A stretch of DNA of 64,000 nucleotides from Planctomycetota bacterium. Lineage in GTDB: Bacteria; Planctomycetota; GCA-002687715; DRQF01. Numbering within the stretch: the stretch's first letter is position 1; every line of letters begins with the position of its first letter. The notes beneath the pieces are model-generated. The model did no database searches, was not told the DNA's origin, and saw only the letters and a list, made by a program, of their open reading frames with translations. Location of the stretch: the NCBI GenBank assembly GCA_020639295.1, contig JACKGY010000003.1:159625-223624 (forward strand). Direction: 5' to 3'. A program made the position numbers and the translations under genes. This document shows positions 59,671 to 64,000 of this stretch, one piece after another.

Positions 59671-60599
59671 GAGTGGTCCTGAACAAGATCTGGCGTCACG
59701 CCTTCTCGGCGCTGACCTTCTTCCTGCCGGCGGAGAAGCGCATCGCCAACGAGAGGCGGATGCGGGGCAAGGAGGAGTTCCGCAAGCTGAACCTCGCCGA
59801 TTGCGTGATCGTGTCCTTCGGCAAGAGCGGTCGCACCTGGTTGCGGGTGATGATCTCGGGCTTCTACCAGAAGAAGTTCGGTCTGAAGGACAGCCTGATG
59901 ATCGGCTTCGACAACGCCCACCGGAAGAACCCGGGCGTGCCGAAGATCTTCTTCACCCACGACAACTACCTGAAGGACTTCACCGGCCACGACCAGGACA
60001 AGTCGGACTACTACGGCAAGAAGGTCGTCCTCCTGGCCCGTCATCCGGGCGACGTCGCGGTGTCGCAGTACTTCCAGTGGCAGCACCGCATGCGGCCGCA
60101 CAAGAAGAAGCTGAACGCCTATCCCGACCACGGCGACGAGGTCCCGATCTACGACTTCGTCGTCGGGGCGGAGGCGGGCCTGCCGAAGATCATCGACTAC
60201 ATGAATCTCTGGGCCGACGAGGCCGCGAAGATGAAGGAACTCCTCCTGGTCCGCTACGAGGACATGAAGAAGGACCCGAAGGCGACCCTCCGGCGCATCG
60301 TCGAGTTCATGGGCACGCCCGGCAGCGAGGCGGAGCTGGATCACGCGGTCGAGTACGCATCCTTCGACAACATGCGCCAGATGGAGCAGAAGAAGACCTT
60401 CTGGCTCTCGGGTTCGCGCATGGTGGCCAAGGACCCGAGCAATCCCCATTCCTTCAAGACGCGGCGCGGCAAGGTCGGGGGCTTCCGCGACTACTTCGAC
60501 GACGAGCAGGAGAAGGTCATCGGTGGCATGATCGACTCGACCCTGTCTCCCTTCTACGGCTATCTTCCCCAGGAGCGGGAAGGCGAGGCCTCCGCCTGA
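59667..60599 (+). CDS. PAPS-dependent sulfotransferase.
   Basis: 310 aa. SFGKSGRTWL matches the 5'-PSB loop (PKSGTTW-like). LLARHPGDVAVS and RRGKVGGFRDYF match the 3'-PB region. ATGA overlap with the ELM1 paralogue 1 stop. Confidence 0.82.
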   Translation: MRVVLNKIWRHAFSALTFFLPAEKRIANERRMRGKEEFRKLNLADCVIVSFGKSGRTWLRVMISGFYQKKFGLKDSLMIGFDNAHRKNPGVPKIFFTHDNYLKDFTGHDQDKSDYYGKKVVLLARHPGDVAVSQYFQWQHRMRPHKKKLNAYPDHGDEVPIYDFVVGAEAGLPKIIDYMNLWADEAAKMKELLLVRYEDMKKDPKATLRRIVEFMGTPGSEAELDHAVEYASFDNMRQMEQKKTFWLSGSRMVAKDPSNPHSFKTRRGKVGGFRDYFDDEQEKVIGGMIDSTLSPFYGYLPQEREGEASA

Positions 60600-60612
60600 T
60601 CGAGAAAGGGAC

Positions 60613-61560
60613 GTGATGAACAAGAACTGCGTCTTCATCCACACCAACCACAAGCAGATCCTCGGCGCGCTCGTGGCCGAGTACTGCCTGCGGCGGAACT
60701 CGGCCCGGCCGGACGACTTCGACGTCAAGCTGATCTGCACCGAGGACCACGCCTTCCTGAAGGAGATGGACGGCCAGAAGTACCTGCGCGACGGAGTCGA
60801 GCGGGTCTGGCTCTACGAGGATCTCCAGTCCTTCACGCCGCTCAGGTTCATGCCCCCGGAGCTGATGGGCTACGAGGGCCGCGCCGTCGTCATCGACCCC
60901 GACATCTTCGCGGTCGCCGACGTGATGGAGCTCTTCGACAAGGACATGGATGGCAAGGCGATCCTCTGTCGCATGCGTTCCGGGCCGAAGGGCTACATCG
61001 ACAAGTGCATGGCCAGCAGCGTCATGCTGCTCGACTGCGCCAAGCTCGGGCACTGGAAGTGCGAGGAGCAGTTCCGGGCCATGTTCCGCTTCGAACGCGA
61101 CTACCAGCCCTGGATCTGTCTCAAGCTCGAGGACCGCGAGACCATCGGCTTCTTCGAGAACGAGTGGAACGACTTCGACAAGCTCACCAGCGACACGAAG
61201 ATGCTCCACAACACGCGGCGGCGTACCCAGCCCTGGAAGACCGGCCTGCCGGTCGACTGGCGGCCGGCCGAGCGCTTCCGGCTGTTTCCGCCGGTCGCCT
61301 GGGTCATGCGCGCGCGTCGCAAGCTCTTCGGCGAGTACGCCTTCCTGGGCAACTACAAGCAGCACCCCGACCCGAATCAGGAGATCTTCTTCTTCGGCAT
61401 GCTCAAGGAGATGCTCGACAAGGGCCTGGTGAACGAGACGATGGTGCGCGAGCAGATGGCGAAGAACCACGTCCGCCACGATGCGCTCGAGGTCCTCGAT
61501 CGCACGCCGGAGCTGGCCCCGCCGGGCCGCTATCCCCTCGAGTCGCTGGCCGCTTCCTGA
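60613..61560 (+). CDS. Hypothetical nucleotide-diphospho-sugar transferase-like (GT-A, DxD) protein.
   Basis: 315 aa. N-terminal VFIHTNHKQILGALV and AVVIDPDIFAV (DxD-like) resemble GT8-type folds. The assignment is tentative. Confidence 0.4.
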   Translation: MMNKNCVFIHTNHKQILGALVAEYCLRRNSARPDDFDVKLICTEDHAFLKEMDGQKYLRDGVERVWLYEDLQSFTPLRFMPPELMGYEGRAVVIDPDIFAVADVMELFDKDMDGKAILCRMRSGPKGYIDKCMASSVMLLDCAKLGHWKCEEQFRAMFRFERDYQPWICLKLEDRETIGFFENEWNDFDKLTSDTKMLHNTRRRTQPWKTGLPVDWRPAERFRLFPPVAWVMRARRKLFGEYAFLGNYKQHPDPNQEIFFFGMLKEMLDKGLVNETMVREQMAKNHVRHDALEVLDRTPELAPPGRYPLESLAAS

Positions 61561-62630
61561 GGCGCCGCGGCGAGGAGGGCGCGAACGCGTCGCGTCACCA
61601 GTTCCAGATCCCGGGAGCCGTCATCCAGAGTGCTGGGTGCCGGCTTCTCGTCTTTTCCGAGCCAGCCGATCCGTCCCTCGGCTTCGAGCCGACGATGGAT
61701 GCGCATGGGGTCGCGGCGAAGTCGGCGCGGTGCCAGGAGACGTGACAGCCGCTGCACCAGCGGTCGGTAGCGCCAGCCGTCGCGATCCAGGAACCAGGGC
61801 GCCCGCCGCGAGCCGATGCGGGAATCGAAGACCTGGACCGGACGGCCGCTGGCGATGGCTTCGACCACCATCGAGATGCTGTCCGCGGTGACCACGAAAC
61901 GATCGGCGAGGGCGAGGTAGGCGGCGTAGGGGTTGTCGGGGTCGTCGGGCCTGAAGCGGTAGATCCGGGCGCGGGCGCCGAAATGCCGGTCGATGGTGTC
62001 GACCAGGCCGCTCGGCGTCCGGGCGCTGCTCGAGACCAGGAGGCTGCCGCCGACCCGTGCGAGCAGGGCGTCGAGCTCCGCGATCAGCCTGCTGACCCGC
62101 CGACCGGATAGCCGGAAGTCGCCGGCATTGCCGCCGAGCAACAGGGCGGTCCAGGGCCGGGGGAGGCCGGCGAGGGCCGGCTGGAGGCGCCGGGCGGCGT
62201 CCCGGGAGCGAGCGTGGTCGACTCGGTGGAGCGGGAGAGCGATCTCGACCACGCGCGAGCCGGAGGGGACCTGGTATTGCGGCGTGGTGACCACGAGATC
62301 CCAGTGCTCGGGCCGCGACCAGGGCCGTCCCAGGTGGACGATGCGGCAGCGACCGCCACTCGCCTCCTTGATCCAGCGCGCGATCGGCTCGTTGCGTCGA
62401 CCGGCACTCAGGACCAGGTCCGGCCAGGGCGGTTCGATGGCATCGGAGCGGTTCCGGTCGGTGCCGGCGAGGGTGGCGCCCAGGAGGCGGCCGACGAGGA
62501 GCTCCCAGGCGCGATAGCGCAGCCGCTTCTCGACCACCGGCTCGCCCAGGCTCTCGGCCAGCAGGCGGAGCTGGTTGTTGTCGCCTTGCTTCAGGCCGAG
62601 CAGCAGCCAGATCCGCGGCGAGCTCGTCAT
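61530..62630 (-). CDS. ELM1-family protein, paralogue 2.
   Basis: MTSSPRIWLLLGLKQGDNNQ, PWPDLVLSAGRR, ALLLGG, SSSARTP, NPY and VVTADSISMVVE. Its 3' end overlaps the convergent gene by 31 nt. Confidence 0.75.
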   Translation of the reverse strand: MTSSPRIWLLLGLKQGDNNQLRLLAESLGEPVVEKRLRYRAWELLVGRLLGATLAGTDRNRSDAIEPPWPDLVLSAGRRNEPIARWIKEASGGRCRIVHLGRPWSRPEHWDLVVTTPQYQVPSGSRVVEIALPLHRVDHARSRDAARRLQPALAGLPRPWTALLLGGNAGDFRLSGRRVSRLIAELDALLARVGGSLLVSSSARTPSGLVDTIDRHFGARARIYRFRPDDPDNPYAAYLALADRFVVTADSISMVVEAIASGRPVQVFDSRIGSRRAPWFLDRDGWRYRPLVQRLSRLLAPRRLRRDPMRIHRRLEAEGRIGWLGKDEKPAPSTLDDGSRDLELVTRRVRALLAAAPQEAASDSRG

Positions 62631-63721
62631 CCCTCGACTCCGTGCAGGAGGGCGAGGACGCGTAGGGCCGTGTCGCGTCGGGCATCGATCGCGATGCAGG
62701 TCTCGGGGTAGTCCTCGTCGCCGAGCCACTTCAGCTGGCGCGTCTCCAGCATCCGGTCGTGGGCGAGGCGAAGGTCGCGACCGAGCCGCCTCGGCCCCAG
62801 GGCGCACATCAGTCGATAGGCGCGCGTCGCGACCGTCTGATCGCAGGGGCCGGTGGCCGCGCCGCGGCGACGCATCGCCAGCTTTCCGGTGCCGAGATCG
62901 AAGGCGCGAACCGGAAGGCCGGTGGCCAGGGCCTCGGAGAGCATGGCGATCGAGTCGCCGGTGACGACGATCTCCTCGGCCAGGGCGAGGAAGCCGAAGT
63001 AGGGATTGTCCTCCCGCCGGTCGCGATGCCAGAGATGCACGACCTTCGGCTCCGCGATCAGGCGATCGAGCAGTTCGGCGGCGGCGGGGTCCGTACGCGA
63101 GCTCGTGGTCACCATGATGCTGCCGCCGAGCCGGGCCCGCTCCGTCTCGAGATCGGCCGCGAGCCTACGAGCGGCGTGGCGACCGAAGCACCAGCCGCCG
63201 CTGCGACCCCCCACGAGGACGGCCAGCCGGGGCTCCGGCAGGACCCCGAGCCGATCGGTCCAGGACCGCCGGGCCTCGGCCAGGCGCTCGGGGCCGATGC
63301 GGGTGATCGTCACCGGGTTGTGGAGTATCCGCGGGTGCTCGGGCAACCGGTACTGGGGTGTCGTCACCACGAGGTCGAAGGTCTCCGGCGGGCACCAGGT
63401 CCGACCGAGGAAGACGAGCTTGGTCCGGCCCCCCGAGCGGGCCTTGATCCAGCGGGCGACCGGCTCGTTCTTGGCGCCGGCCGAGATCAGCAGATCGGGC
63501 CAGGGTTCCGCGATCGGCGAGGAACGACGGCGGTCGACGCCACAGGACGAAGGCAGGCGGGCGAGGCTGATCGCGAAGCGCCAGGGTCGCGGATGGATGC
63601 GCTTCTCCTCGAAGTCGATGCCGCTCAGTTCGCGCAGGGCCTCGGCGAGACCGAGGATCTGCGAGCTCTCCCCGGCACGGTAGGAGAGCAGGGCCCAGAC
63701 CCGGGGGCCGCCAGTGCTCAT
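62627..63721 (-). CDS. ELM1-family protein, paralogue 3.
   Basis: MSTGGPRVWALLSYRAGESSQ, PWPDLLISAGAK, AVLVGG, TTSSRT, NPY and VVTGDSIAMLSE. ATGA overlaps at both ends. Confidence 0.75.
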   Translation of the reverse strand: MSTGGPRVWALLSYRAGESSQILGLAEALRELSGIDFEEKRIHPRPWRFAISLARLPSSCGVDRRRSSPIAEPWPDLLISAGAKNEPVARWIKARSGGRTKLVFLGRTWCPPETFDLVVTTPQYRLPEHPRILHNPVTITRIGPERLAEARRSWTDRLGVLPEPRLAVLVGGRSGGWCFGRHAARRLAADLETERARLGGSIMVTTSSRTDPAAAELLDRLIAEPKVVHLWHRDRREDNPYFGFLALAEEIVVTGDSIAMLSEALATGLPVRAFDLGTGKLAMRRRGAATGPCDQTVATRAYRLMCALGPRRLGRDLRLAHDRMLETRQLKWLGDEDYPETCIAIDARRDTALRVLALLHGVEG

Positions 63722-64000
63722 CTCGCGCCGCCCTCGCGCCGCACCAGGATCTGCTCGGCGAGAAGGAAGTCGTCGGCGCTGTCGACGTCGACCGCGAGTT
63801 CGGGGTGATCGACCACCACGGCCCCGATGCTCAGGCCCATCTTGCGACCCATCAACTCGAGGGCGCGGGGCAGGCTCAGGCTGTGGGTGATGAGTCCGAG
63901 CAGCGCCCGGGGGCCGAAGACGCCGGCGACGCGCCAGGGCTTCTTGCGCAGGTCCTCGACCCGGCGCCAGAAGGCGGCCGCGCGCCGCGCCCGGGCGTTG
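63718..64000 (-). CDS. Nucleotidyltransferase (MobA-like NTP-transferase) family protein. C-terminal fragment only; the 5' end lies beyond the window.
   Basis: My own minus-strand translation ends ...MGLSIGAVVVDHPELAVDVDSADDFLLAEQILVRREGGAR*. The xxDVDxxxDf ending is typical of NTP_transf_3 proteins. Its stop overlaps the ATG of paralogue 3. Confidence 0.45.
   Translation of the reverse strand, partial: NARARRAAAFWRRVEDLRKKPWRVAGVFGPRALLGLITHSLSLPRALELMGRKMGLSIGAVVVDHPELAVDVDSADDFLLAEQILVRREGGAR

Overview
The window is a roughly 70% GC (by eye) bacterial chromosomal segment, densely coded on both strands. I call about 57 CDS, one tRNA and no rRNA or CRISPR. Many neighbouring genes overlap by ATGA or GTGA stop/start junctions, so operons appear tightly coupled. 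Most long 'ORFs' in the six-frame track are high-GC shadow frames opposite or offset from real genes and were discarded.

Housekeeping blocks:
- a DEAD-box helicase (partial)
- a leucine-catabolic methylcrotonyl-CoA carboxylase operon (mccB, hydratase, split mccA) followed by mdh
- class II ribonucleotide reductase nrdJ plus a long-form dCTP deaminase
- an Fe-S module (iscS-like, erpA/iscA-like, ygfZ) next to tRNA-Gly(GCC)
- an ABC-F ATPase, a P-type ATPase, and an RRM RNA-binding protein followed by rpsU

Signalling genes: a receiver-GGDEF protein, two histidine kinases, a zinc-ribbon/Ser-Thr kinase/FGE fusion, and a BlaI/BlaR1-type pair.

Most interesting regions:
1. 33.9-38.1 kb: an uncharacterised amidoligase-type cluster with an N-formylglutamate-amidohydrolase-like gene, a GCS2 carboxylate-amine ligase, a RimK-like ATP-grasp and a C39/papain-like peptidase.
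2. 52.2-64.0 kb: a glycoconjugate-type locus with two polytopic GT-C-like membrane proteins, a methyltransferase, a sulfotransferase, a DxD GT-A-like protein, an NTP-transferase fragment and three ELM1-family (PF06258-like) paralogues.
3. 25.4-29.3 kb: a compositionally mosaic islet ending at the 3' end of tRNA-Gly, with an IS3 transposase remnant, orphan genes and a stand-alone small alarmone hydrolase-like HD protein.
4. About 42976-43258: a 139-bp tandem duplication that carries twin intrinsic terminators.

Taxonomy cannot be fixed from this window. The domain architectures (DUF1570-like plus PDZ, BlaR1 fused to prenyltransferase-like repeats, STK-FGE) are typical of Planctomycetota/PVC-like or similar high-GC Gram-negative lineages, but this is inference only.
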